The position numbers and the translations under genes are program-made. Below, piece after piece: positions 18,712 through 27,555 of a stretch of DNA of 64,000 nucleotides; the stretch's first letter is position 1; every line of letters starts with the position of its first letter. The stretch spans positions 39,599-103,598 of the forward strand of contig DATDXE010000017.1 of NCBI GenBank assembly GCA_036517255.1, given 5' to 3'. Below the pieces are notes generated by a model, which had not been told where the DNA came from, did no database searches, and saw only the letters and a list, made by a program, of their open reading frames with translations. This stretch comes from Minisyncoccota bacterium (GTDB lineage: Bacteria; Patescibacteriota; Minisyncoccia; Phycocordibacterales; WO2-35-19).

Positions 18712-18945
18712 TTACTGCTCGACGACCTCCAATACATCGTCGAACCTGAGGTTTCTGCCGCTGATGCCCGTCCAGAAGTTTCTTCGGGCTAGTTTCAGAA
18801 AGTCGGCTTCTTGACCTGGGGCCAAGCTTACCTCTATCGTCTCGGGGTCGTGGGTCACTATCGTTATTACCCTGAGAGTCCTGACCAAGGCGCTCTCGAT
18901 CTGTTCCTTGTGGGTGCTCCACCCAAATCTGATCTTTAGCCGCAT
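18712..18945 (-). CDS. Hypothetical protein (orphan cassette)
   Basis: MRLKIRFG... start with AGGAGG upstream and extended -10 TGaTATAAT at 18976-18968. Confidence 0.65.
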   Translation of the reverse strand: MRLKIRFGWSTHKEQIESALVRTLRVITIVTHDPETIEVSLAPGQEADFLKLARRNFWTGISGRNLRFDDVLEVVEQ

Positions 18946-19022
18946 TGTGTGCTGCCTCCTGACTACTATTATATCATATCTACAGTATTTTGCAAGCAAG
19001 AGCGACGTGCTATAATCTTTAG

Positions 19023-19883
19023 GTGAAAGAGGCTTCAAAAAATCAAATTCTCCTGATCGTGGCGGCGATAATGTTATTAGCTTTGGTTGGTTGGGGTGGT
19101 TTTAAATTTTATAAAACTGCAGAGAATTTGAAGATGACTAAAGTCGAACTTGCGAGCACTACTGCTGCTCTCCTAACTAAAACATCAGAAGGTGTTGTTC
19201 TTAATGATGCTCTTTATTCAGAACAGCAAAAAAATTCATATTTTGAAAATCAAATAAAAGAAATTGCGGGTACTGTAGGAGTGTTGGACAAACTTTCGAA
19301 AACCGATAAAGAGCTTTTGCAGAAGTATTCCAAAGTATATTTCTTGAACGAACATTATGTACCACAGTCGCTTGCTACGATTACCCCTATATATGTGAAT
19401 GAAGAAAATAGATCGTATAAAATCCACTCAAAAATATTATCTTATTTAGAAAACATGATGCGGGAGGCTGAAGTGGCCAACACTCCTATACGAATCGTCT
19501 CTGCTTATCGCTCATATGATGAGCAGGTAGCATTGAAGGGAAATTATCAATTTACGTATGGCACTGGAGCCAATACCTTTTCTGCCGATCAGGGATACTC
19601 TGAGCATCAACTTGGCACAACTGTTGATTTTACTACAGTGAAATTAGGAGGAAATTTTAACCAGTTTGCTGATACTCTTGGCTATAAATGGCTTTTAGAT
19701 AACGCTTATAAATATGGTTTTATACTTTCGTATCCGGAAAATAATTCTTACTATCAGTTTGAGCCGTGGCATTGGAGGTTCGTTGGTAAAAGTTTGGCTA
19801 TGATGCTTTACGAAGAAAAACAAAACTTCTACGATGTCGATCAGCGCAAAATCGACGCTTATTTAGTAAAAATATTTGATTAA
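19023..19883 (+). CDS. M15B (VanY-like) D,D-carboxypeptidase with N-terminal TM segment
   Basis: SAYRS, SEHQLGTTVD, EPWHWRF. Confidence 0.9.
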   Translation: MKEASKNQILLIVAAIMLLALVGWGGFKFYKTAENLKMTKVELASTTAALLTKTSEGVVLNDALYSEQQKNSYFENQIKEIAGTVGVLDKLSKTDKELLQKYSKVYFLNEHYVPQSLATITPIYVNEENRSYKIHSKILSYLENMMREAEVANTPIRIVSAYRSYDEQVALKGNYQFTYGTGANTFSADQGYSEHQLGTTVDFTTVKLGGNFNQFADTLGYKWLLDNAYKYGFILSYPENNSYYQFEPWHWRFVGKSLAMMLYEEKQNFYDVDQRKIDAYLVKIFD

Positions 19884-19907
19884 TCTTGCGGTATGTATAA
19901 AAACGAT

Positions 19908-19931
19908 GAGCGCGCGGATGGCCGCGCGCTC
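19908..19931. terminator. GC-rich hairpin between convergent genes
   Basis: gagcgcgcgg-atgg-ccgcgcgctc. Confidence 0.7.
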
Positions 19932-20017
19932 TAGCTTGTTTTGGACTCGATAAACTTCTTGAGTCCGAGCTCAACTACTCTGTATTGGAAGTATTCCTCT
20001 TGGGAACCGAGCCACTG

Positions 20018-20458
20018 TTATGCCTCGATTCCTTCGGGGAGCACCTTGTACAGTTGCCGATCGGTCTCTGCCGTTCTTCCCCAGTCACCCTTGTCGTAGT
20101 GTTTTACTACTGCGACAAGAATATCCCAGAATTTCTCGCAGAGGTCTAAGTATCCCAGCCCCTCCAAATCTCTGTCTGGATCATGAGGCATTACCTGGGG
20201 GCTTTTGGGGTTACTTAATGCGCTACGTTCTCGCATGTAGCGCTCGATCAGGCTGGCGGCTCTGGTGGGCGGGACCTTTTCAGGTTCAATCCCGAGAATG
20301 GTTCGGTATAGAGGTGGGTCGTTCGACCAGCATCTCTCTTTACCTTTTTTGTCCCGGTGTTCTCTTATTGCCCACCGGAACTGGACTATAGCGATTTTTG
20401 TCACGGCCTTATCCTTGAGTAGGGGGAGAGCCGCTATATGAGCGTGTGTTAATAGCAT
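20018..20458 (-). CDS. Hypothetical protein, possibly truncated by an internal TAA
   Basis: AAGGAG upstream; frame stays open for 28 codons past the TAA to a TAG at 19931-19933. Confidence 0.55.
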   Translation of the reverse strand: MLLTHAHIAALPLLKDKAVTKIAIVQFRWAIREHRDKKGKERCWSNDPPLYRTILGIEPEKVPPTRAASLIERYMRERSALSNPKSPQVMPHDPDRDLEGLGYLDLCEKFWDILVAVVKHYDKGDWGRTAETDRQLYKVLPEGIEA

Positions 20459-20533
20459 AACCTTCTCCTTCCCGAAGAGTCGGGCAACTTTCTGCCTCTA
20501 GAATAGCAAATTATAATCTACATTGCAATACGT

Positions 20534-20911
20534 TTATTTCCTTTCGTCAAAATCTAAACAGACCGAATTCATGCAAAAACGTTTGCCTGTGGGGGTTGGG
20601 CCGTCTTCAAATATATGGCCCAGGTGCGAGTTGCACTTACTACAAACTACTTCGGTTCTGCTCATGCCGTGTGATTCATCGTGAATCAGATTAACTGAAC
20701 CAGAGAGAGCTTCATCAAAAGAAGGCCAGCCGGTACCTGAATCAAATTTAGTATCCGAAGCAAAAAGTTTATTACCACATACTACACACTTATACATACC
20801 GCTTCTTTTCTCATGCAGCAATTCACCAGTAAACGGCGCTTCCGTCCCTTTCTCCCTCAACACCTTATATTGCTCCTCCGTCAATTTTTTCCTCAATTCT
20901 TCTTCGTCCAT
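20534..20911 (-). CDS. msrB: Methionine sulfoxide reductase B
   Basis: GTEAPF, KFDSGTGWPSF, HLGHIFEDGP, RFCMNS. Confidence 0.96.
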   Translation of the reverse strand: MDEEELRKKLTEEQYKVLREKGTEAPFTGELLHEKRSGMYKCVVCGNKLFASDTKFDSGTGWPSFDEALSGSVNLIHDESHGMSRTEVVCSKCNSHLGHIFEDGPTPTGKRFCMNSVCLDFDERK

Positions 20912-20963
20912 ATTTATATTTTAGCAAAATTATACCCCATCCCCGGATGTATTTGATTTTGAT

Positions 20964-21977
20964 TTATCTCTTACTTATGACACTCTTTTTATATACATCT
21001 AAATGTTCCAGAGCGATGCCGGTGCCGAGGGCTACGCAGTAAAGGGCGTCTTTAGCTAGAGCCGCTTTGACCCCGATGCGGCGTAGGACGAGTTCGGGGA
21101 AGTTGCGAAGTTGGGAGGAACCGCCGGTCATGATGATGCCGTAGTCGATAATATCGGCAGAAAGTTCTGGAGGAGTTTCTTGCAGGACATCTTTAATCGC
21201 TTTGATAATATCGCGCAGTTCTTTGCCGATCGCTCTTACTATCTCATTTGTTTTTATTTCTACTGTTCTGGGTAAGCCTGATATCAAGTCCCGACCTTTT
21301 ACATCCATCACTAAATCTTCTTCCAATGGGATAGCCGAACCAATTTTTATCTTTACATCCTCAGCCGTTTTGTCCCCGATAGATAGGTTAAAATTTTTCT
21401 TTATGTAATCGGCGATAGCCTGATCGATTTTGTTCCCAGCACATTTTACAGAGTTGGCTGCGACAATGCCTCCCATGGAAATGACAGCTACGTCAGTTGT
21501 GCCTCCTCCGATGTCGACTATCATGTGACCTCGTGCTTCGTGGATGGGGATACCGGCGCCGATCGCCGCTAGAATCGGCTCTTTTACAACATAGGCATTT
21601 TTGGCTCCAGCTTTTATGGCTGCTTCGATCACCGCTCTGCGTTCAGTCGATGTTACTCCTGCGGGAACTGAAATAAGGACATCAGGTTTTATAAAGGTCC
21701 ATTTACCTAGAGCTTTGTTTATATAATATCGGAGCATGGCTTCTGTTACTCGGTAATCAGCGATGACCCCATCCTTCATCGGCCTGTAGGCGATGACATT
21801 GTCGGGAGTACGCCCAATCATGGTCTTGGCCTCAGCTCCCACAGCTAGTATTTTATTGTCCTGCTCCGATACTGCGACAACTGACGGCTCGTTTAGGACG
21901 ATACCTTTTCCAGGAAGGAAAACGAGGGTATTTGCCGTACCCAAGTCGATGCCGAGCCTTTTATTGAATATGCCCAT
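20964..21977 (-). CDS. mreB: Rod shape-determining protein MreB
   Basis: GIDLGTANT, EPSVVA, VDIGGGTT, LSADI. Confidence 0.96.
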   Translation of the reverse strand: MGIFNKRLGIDLGTANTLVFLPGKGIVLNEPSVVAVSEQDNKILAVGAEAKTMIGRTPDNVIAYRPMKDGVIADYRVTEAMLRYYINKALGKWTFIKPDVLISVPAGVTSTERRAVIEAAIKAGAKNAYVVKEPILAAIGAGIPIHEARGHMIVDIGGGTTDVAVISMGGIVAANSVKCAGNKIDQAIADYIKKNFNLSIGDKTAEDVKIKIGSAIPLEEDLVMDVKGRDLISGLPRTVEIKTNEIVRAIGKELRDIIKAIKDVLQETPPELSADIIDYGIIMTGGSSQLRNFPELVLRRIGVKAALAKDALYCVALGTGIALEHLDVYKKSVISKR

Positions 21978-22027
21978 GTGCAAGCAATACTACACAAAAT
22001 TGTCGAAAGTCGAAAGTACGTATAGAC

Positions 22028-23938
22028 TTGAAGCAAATGTGGATTATCGAAGTTATCCCAATAAAAAAAGGCTTTGGCAAGGATGGCCTTTCTTACTTCT
22101 CGTCCGTTTCGATGGAAGAAGGGAGTATCGTCAAAATACCTTTAAGAGGTAAAACGGTTTCTGGCATCGTCACTGCTTGCACCCCTGCCGCCAAGGCAAA
22201 GGCCGAATTAAAATCATCCTCTTTTTCTTTGCGGAAAATTTCTAGTATATCGGCTAAGTATTTTTTTGAAGATGAATGGATCGCGGCTGCCAAAAAAACA
22301 GCTAATTTTTTTGCTTATTCTTTAGGTTCGACCATCGCCGCTCTTTCTCCTGTTTCGGTACTTGATAATATTTCAAAATTATCACAGAAGGCAAAAAAGG
22401 ATAAAGTAAAAAGTACAAGTATTAAATTAAAAACAGAAGTACTCTGCATCCAAAGTGAGGATGAGGAACGTTTCGGCCATTATCGGGCCGCTATCCGCGA
22501 AGAGTTTGCTCGAGGTCACTCAGTATTTTTTGTACTCCCTACGATTGAAGATGTTTATGTGGCCGAAGAAGAGTTGCAGAAGGGTATAGCCGATTACACT
22601 TTTTCTTTTCATTCCGATCTCGCTTTTCCCGAAATACTGAAAAGGTCGAAAGCAGTTTCCAAAGTGAAGCATCCGGTTCTCGTGGTCGTGACTCCCCAGT
22701 GGCTCTTTCTTAAAAGGGAGGATCTCGGCACCGTAATTTTAGATAGTGAAAATAGTTCTGGCTGGAAAACTCTGGGCAGGCCGTATCTCGATATGAGGAA
22801 ATTTGCCGAATTTTTCGCCAGAGAAAAAGGAGTGAGGTTTATTTTGGGCGCCGACATCCTACGAGTGGAAACTCTGCATCGATACAAACAGGAGGAAATT
22901 TTTGCCTTCGAATCAGTGAAATTCAGGTTTTCTTCTTTGGCAGAGTCAGCTCTCATTAGTATGGTAGGGAAGGATGTGGAGAAACAGAAGAAGTTTAGGA
23001 CTACTTCGCCCGAACTTATGGCTATGGTCAGTGCTGCTAAGGACGAAAAGAAAAATATATTTATTTACGCTACGCGCAAAGGTCTTTCTCCGATCACGGT
23101 GTGTAGCGATTGCGGGGAAAACGTCGTTTGTCACAATTGCGCTTCTCCTATGGTTCTGTACAAGCGCGCCAGTGTCAATGTTTTTCGTTGTCATCAGTGT
23201 AGTAGCGAAAGGAGTGCAAAAGAAATTTGTAAAAACTGTGCTTCGTGGAGGCTCCAGCCTCTAGGGGTCGGTATAGAAAATATTATTGATGAGATAGAGA
23301 CATCTTTTCCTGAAGTAAATATTTTACAAATTAGTCGGGATGTCGCTACCCAATCCAGAGCTTCGCAGATTGCTGATAAATTTTATAAAACCCCGGGAAC
23401 GATTTTAATAGGGACCGAGATGGCTCTTCACTATTTGCGTCAAGGCCAGGTCGATTTTACGGCTGTAGCTTCGATTGATTCGCTTTTTTCTGTCCCCGAT
23501 TTTAGGATCAGAGAAAAAATATTTCATATTGTGGCCAGAGTGAGGAATCTAGCCCGGGAAGCCTCTATCGTACAGGTGCGCAAGGCTGAGAGGAATACTC
23601 TAGAGCTTGCTTTGAGTGGTAATGTTCTTGATTTTTATAAAATGGAAATTGATGATAGGGAAATTTTACAGTACCCTCCATTTTCAGTATTTATAAAGAT
23701 TACGGTGCGTGGTACTAAAATTACGGTTGAAAAGGAAGCTCATTTCTTAGAAGAATATTTCAGGAAATGGCAGCCGACTATTTTTGACTCTCGTTCCGAG
23801 AGGCGCGATAGTCAAGCTGCCTTAAACTGTGTGTTAAAAGTTCCAAAAACGGATTATCCCGATCCTGATTTAAGCTCTAGGCTCCTCTCTTTGCCTCCTC
23901 AGTTTGAGATCAAAGTCGACCCTGACAATTTATTGTAG
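22028..23938 (+). CDS. priA: Primosomal protein N'-like, degenerate helicase motifs
   Basis: N-terminal VKIPL domain, RKG followed by four CxxC pairs, YPPF; Walker A and DExH not recognisable. Confidence 0.8.
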   Translation: MKQMWIIEVIPIKKGFGKDGLSYFSSVSMEEGSIVKIPLRGKTVSGIVTACTPAAKAKAELKSSSFSLRKISSISAKYFFEDEWIAAAKKTANFFAYSLGSTIAALSPVSVLDNISKLSQKAKKDKVKSTSIKLKTEVLCIQSEDEERFGHYRAAIREEFARGHSVFFVLPTIEDVYVAEEELQKGIADYTFSFHSDLAFPEILKRSKAVSKVKHPVLVVVTPQWLFLKREDLGTVILDSENSSGWKTLGRPYLDMRKFAEFFAREKGVRFILGADILRVETLHRYKQEEIFAFESVKFRFSSLAESALISMVGKDVEKQKKFRTTSPELMAMVSAAKDEKKNIFIYATRKGLSPITVCSDCGENVVCHNCASPMVLYKRASVNVFRCHQCSSERSAKEICKNCASWRLQPLGVGIENIIDEIETSFPEVNILQISRDVATQSRASQIADKFYKTPGTILIGTEMALHYLRQGQVDFTAVASIDSLFSVPDFRIREKIFHIVARVRNLAREASIVQVRKAERNTLELALSGNVLDFYKMEIDDREILQYPPFSVFIKITVRGTKITVEKEAHFLEEYFRKWQPTIFDSRSERRDSQAALNCVLKVPKTDYPDPDLSSRLLSLPPQFEIKVDPDNLL

Positions 23939-23956
23939 AAATGTTAGATTTTAAGC

Positions 23957-24487
23957 ATGGACGAAATTATCCAGAAGGAGAACCCTATTTTAAGGAAAAA
24001 ATCAGAGGAAGTGTTGGTAGGTGATATTCCTTCTAAGAAGATTCAAAAAATTATAGCTTCGATGAAAGAAGCTCTCGAGAGCCAGGAGGATGGGGTGGCT
24101 ATCGCCGCTCCTCAAATAGGCAAGAACCTAAGAATTTTTGTTATGTCTAAAAGGGTATTTGATCTTGTCGGTACTAAGCCCCAAGTTGACAAGCCCTTTG
24201 GAGACGCTGTTTTTGTTAATCCTAAAATTACCAAGTTATCACGAAAAAAAATAGAACAAGATGAGGGTTGTCTCTCGGTCCGGTATTTGTACGGTAAAGT
24301 AATGAGAGCCGAGAAAGCTACTATAGAGGCATATGATGAATGCGGTAAGAAGTTTGTTTCCGGAGGTTCGGGGTTGGTCGCTCAAATATTTCAGCACGAG
24401 TGTGACCATCTCGATGGAGTTCTTTTTATCGACAAAGCAAAGGATCTGCAAGAAATTCCTCCCGAAGTAGAAAAACCACTGAAATGA
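23957..24487 (+). CDS. def: Peptide deformylase
   Basis: GVAIAAPQIG, EGCLS, QHECDHLDG. Confidence 0.97.
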   Translation: MDEIIQKENPILRKKSEEVLVGDIPSKKIQKIIASMKEALESQEDGVAIAAPQIGKNLRIFVMSKRVFDLVGTKPQVDKPFGDAVFVNPKITKLSRKKIEQDEGCLSVRYLYGKVMRAEKATIEAYDECGKKFVSGGSGLVAQIFQHECDHLDGVLFIDKAKDLQEIPPEVEKPLK

Positions 24488-25410
24488 AATTTGTATTTTT
24501 TGGATCAAGCCAGTTTTCTGTTTATGTTCTCGAAGAGCTAGAAAAATCTAGTGTTTTGCCGAGTCTTATCGTCACTGTTCCAGACAAACCCAAAGGTAGG
24601 AAATTGATTTTGACTGCGAATGTGGTGAAAACTTGGGCACAAGAAAAAAATATCCCAGTCATTACAGAAATTAATAAAGAAAAATTGAAAGCCGAAAATG
24701 CGGATTTCTTTTTGGTAGCAGCTTATGGCAAGATTTTGAAAAAAGAGATTTTTGATATCCCAAAATTTAAAACTCTCAACATCCATCCTTCTCTCCTCCC
24801 CAAATATCGCGGAGCTTCGCCTATGATTTCTCAGATTCTAAATGATGCCGGAGGTCCCGAGAGTAGCGAGGGAATGGGCACTTCTATTATGCTGATTGAC
24901 GAAGGGATAGATACCGGGCCGATATTATCACAACGTAAAATTGTATTTGGTATTCCTCCACCTGCTAAGGAAGGAGGCCCGCCCGAAACGACTGTTTCAG
25001 TCGGGCGGGTGGCCGAAGAGCCGGAGGGGGTTTTTAATAGAAGTGAGGTATTAGATATCGAGGAATTAGAACTTTTGATGGCCAAAGGAAGTGTTGATTT
25101 ATTTGTAGAAATTATAGAAGATTATTTGAACGAAAAAATTGAACCTAAACCTCAAAATAATGCTGACGCCACTTACTGTCATAAAATCAGAAAAGAAGAT
25201 GGGCTTTTGGATTTGGAGGGAGATGCTCGTAAGAATCTTTTAAAAATCAAAGCGTTTGCAGTTTGGCCTCGCACTTATTTTATAAAAAATGGTAAAAGAA
25301 TAATCGTCACAGATGCTAGGGTTGAAGATAATAAACTGGAAATTATCCGTGTTATTCCTGAAGGCAAAAAAGAAATGCCCTACGAGGACTTTTTGAGAGG
25401 AAACATGTAA
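24484..25410 (+). CDS. fmt: Methionyl-tRNA formyltransferase with palindromic insertions
   Basis: VFFGS, AAYGKIL, NIHPSLLPKYRGASP, DTGPI. Confidence 0.93.
   Translation: MKFVFFGSSQFSVYVLEELEKSSVLPSLIVTVPDKPKGRKLILTANVVKTWAQEKNIPVITEINKEKLKAENADFFLVAAYGKILKKEIFDIPKFKTLNIHPSLLPKYRGASPMISQILNDAGGPESSEGMGTSIMLIDEGIDTGPILSQRKIVFGIPPPAKEGGPPETTVSVGRVAEEPEGVFNRSEVLDIEELELLMAKGSVDLFVEIIEDYLNEKIEPKPQNNADATYCHKIRKEDGLLDLEGDARKNLLKIKAFAVWPRTYFIKNGKRIIVTDARVEDNKLEIIRVIPEGKKEMPYEDFLRGNM
24978..25009. repeat. Palindrome family B inside fmt
   Basis: cccgcccga-N14-tcgggcggg. Confidence 0.8.
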
Positions 25411-25429
25411 AATTAAAGAAATATAAAAA

Positions 25430-27538
25430 ATGTATCTCAAGTCTTTAGAAATATCAGGTTTTAAGAGCTTTGCTAAGAAAAGTAGTCTTGATTTCAAGTC
25501 GGCTGTAACAGCGATTGTCGGTCCTAATGGAAGTGGTAAGAGTAATGTGGCCGAAGCCTTTCGGTTTGTGCTGGGGGAACAGTCTATAAAAAGCATGAGA
25601 GGCAAAAAAGGTGAAGATTTGATTTGGAATGGTAGTGAGGAACAGCCGCGGGCTAACAGAGCTCTAGTCAAAGCGATTTTCGATAATAAAAAAAAGATTT
25701 TTAATTTAGATTTTGATGAAGTGAGTATCGAAAGAGTAGTTAACCGCGATGGTGTTAATGAGTATTCTATAAACGGTACTCAAGTTCGTCTGAAAGATGT
25801 TTTAGAGCTTTTGGCGGGAGCCCATGTTGGCGCTTCTGGCCATCATATTATTTCTCAGGGAGAGGCGGACAGGATTTTGACATCTAGTATCAAGGAGAGA
25901 AGATCCATGATAGAGGATGCTCTGGGACTAAAAGTTTATCAGTATAAAAGAGTCGAGAGTGAACGCAAACTTGAAAAAACTTTTGAAAATATTTCTCAAG
26001 TGGAGTCTCTCCGTAGGGAAATAGCTCCCCATCTACGATTTCTGAAGAAGCAAATGGAAAAAATCGATAAAGCATTGGAAGTAAAGGATGGACTTACGCA
26101 GATATACAGGGAATATTTAAAAAGGGAAAGTGTTTTTATCGAGTATGAAAAAGCAAACTTAGCTCTTGAGAAAAAACCTTTATTTGAAAGGCAGGAGAGT
26201 CTGAAAAAAAATACTGAAAATCATAAAATATTTGAGATAGAAGCTAATATAAAAAAAGAGAGACAGGAGAAGGACACTCTCTCTCGAGAGGCAGGCAGGT
26301 TGGAAGGTGAGATAGCAGCCAGTCAAAAATTGATTGATAAAACAAGACGAGAAATAAATGAGAGAGAAAATATTACCATTTCTATAAAAGAAATTGAAAA
26401 ATTGTTTCAAGAAATTGAGATAGTGAATGAGATAGTAGAGATAAAAAAGATAATAAGGGGGTTTCTTGATAGTAAAAGGGTCATAAACGGAGAGTCTCTC
26501 TTGAAAGAGGCCGAGGAATCGGTACTAGATTTAAAAAGGAGGAAGGAAGAAATAGAACGACAAATCCAAGAAAAAGAATCAAACATCAGAAATCTAGAAA
26601 GTTTGGAAAGAGAAGTTTTACAACTTTCTTCTCAGGCTGATGTTATCAAATCCCAAATTGAATCTCTTCATAATAAAGAAGAGAGATTACGCGCCATTGA
26701 GGGGGATTTCTTGCGTGAAGTAGAGGAGGCTAGTGTGCTTTTAGGTGTTGCTGTTACTGGATTTAATAATCTTGATATTAGTCGAGAACAAATATTAGGT
26801 GAAGAACGAAAAGTTCAAGAAGAAAGGAGGAGGGAAGTAGAGAGGATGAAAATACGATTGGAAGAGCTCGGGGCCTCTGGAGGTGAGGATACAGTAAAAG
26901 AATTTAGAGAAGCAACTGAGAGAGATGCTTTTTTGGAACGGGAACTTGCTGATCTTTATAAATCATCTGATTCTTTGAAAACGATGATAGCCGAATTGCA
27001 AGATAGGCTTAATACAGAATTTAATCAAGGTATAAGCAAAATAAACTCAGCTTTTCAAAACTTCTTTGAATTAATGTTTGGCGGGGGAACCGCTCGTCTT
27101 GAACTTGTCCAAGAAAAAAGCCAAGTTGAGGGAGATTTGGAAGAAGGCTTTGCCCCGAGAAACTCGATCGAAGAGAAGAGCGAAGTGGGGATAGAGATAG
27201 ATGTTTCGCTACCCAAGAAGCGTATACGAGGTCTCAATATGCTCTCGGGAGGGGAAAGGGCTCTTACTTCTATTGCTTTGCTTTTTGCCATGTCCCAGGT
27301 CAATCCACCTCCATTTATTATTTTAGACGAAACCGATGCTGCACTGGACGAAGCAAATTCTAGAAAATACGGTGATATGATAGCTGCTCTTTCTAAGTAT
27401 TCTCAGCTCATCCTCATCACTCACAACCGCGAAACTATGTCCCGTGCTGGTGTCATTTACGGCGTCACTATGGGCAGCTCTGGCATCTCCAAACTTCTCT
27501 CCATCGAATTTGCTGAAGCTGTCGCGGTGGCGAAGTAA
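25430..27538 (+). CDS. smc: SMC-family ATPase, unusually short (702 aa)
   Basis: GFKSFA, GPNGSGKSN, SQGE, LSGGE, ILDETDAALD, ITHN. Confidence 0.88.
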   Translation: MYLKSLEISGFKSFAKKSSLDFKSAVTAIVGPNGSGKSNVAEAFRFVLGEQSIKSMRGKKGEDLIWNGSEEQPRANRALVKAIFDNKKKIFNLDFDEVSIERVVNRDGVNEYSINGTQVRLKDVLELLAGAHVGASGHHIISQGEADRILTSSIKERRSMIEDALGLKVYQYKRVESERKLEKTFENISQVESLRREIAPHLRFLKKQMEKIDKALEVKDGLTQIYREYLKRESVFIEYEKANLALEKKPLFERQESLKKNTENHKIFEIEANIKKERQEKDTLSREAGRLEGEIAASQKLIDKTRREINERENITISIKEIEKLFQEIEIVNEIVEIKKIIRGFLDSKRVINGESLLKEAEESVLDLKRRKEEIERQIQEKESNIRNLESLEREVLQLSSQADVIKSQIESLHNKEERLRAIEGDFLREVEEASVLLGVAVTGFNNLDISREQILGEERKVQEERRREVERMKIRLEELGASGGEDTVKEFREATERDAFLERELADLYKSSDSLKTMIAELQDRLNTEFNQGISKINSAFQNFFELMFGGGTARLELVQEKSQVEGDLEEGFAPRNSIEEKSEVGIEIDVSLPKKRIRGLNMLSGGERALTSIALLFAMSQVNPPPFIILDETDAALDEANSRKYGDMIAALSKYSQLILITHNRETMSRAGVIYGVTMGSSGISKLLSIEFAEAVAVAK

Positions 27539-27555
27539 ATGATAGTCTGTAAGAA

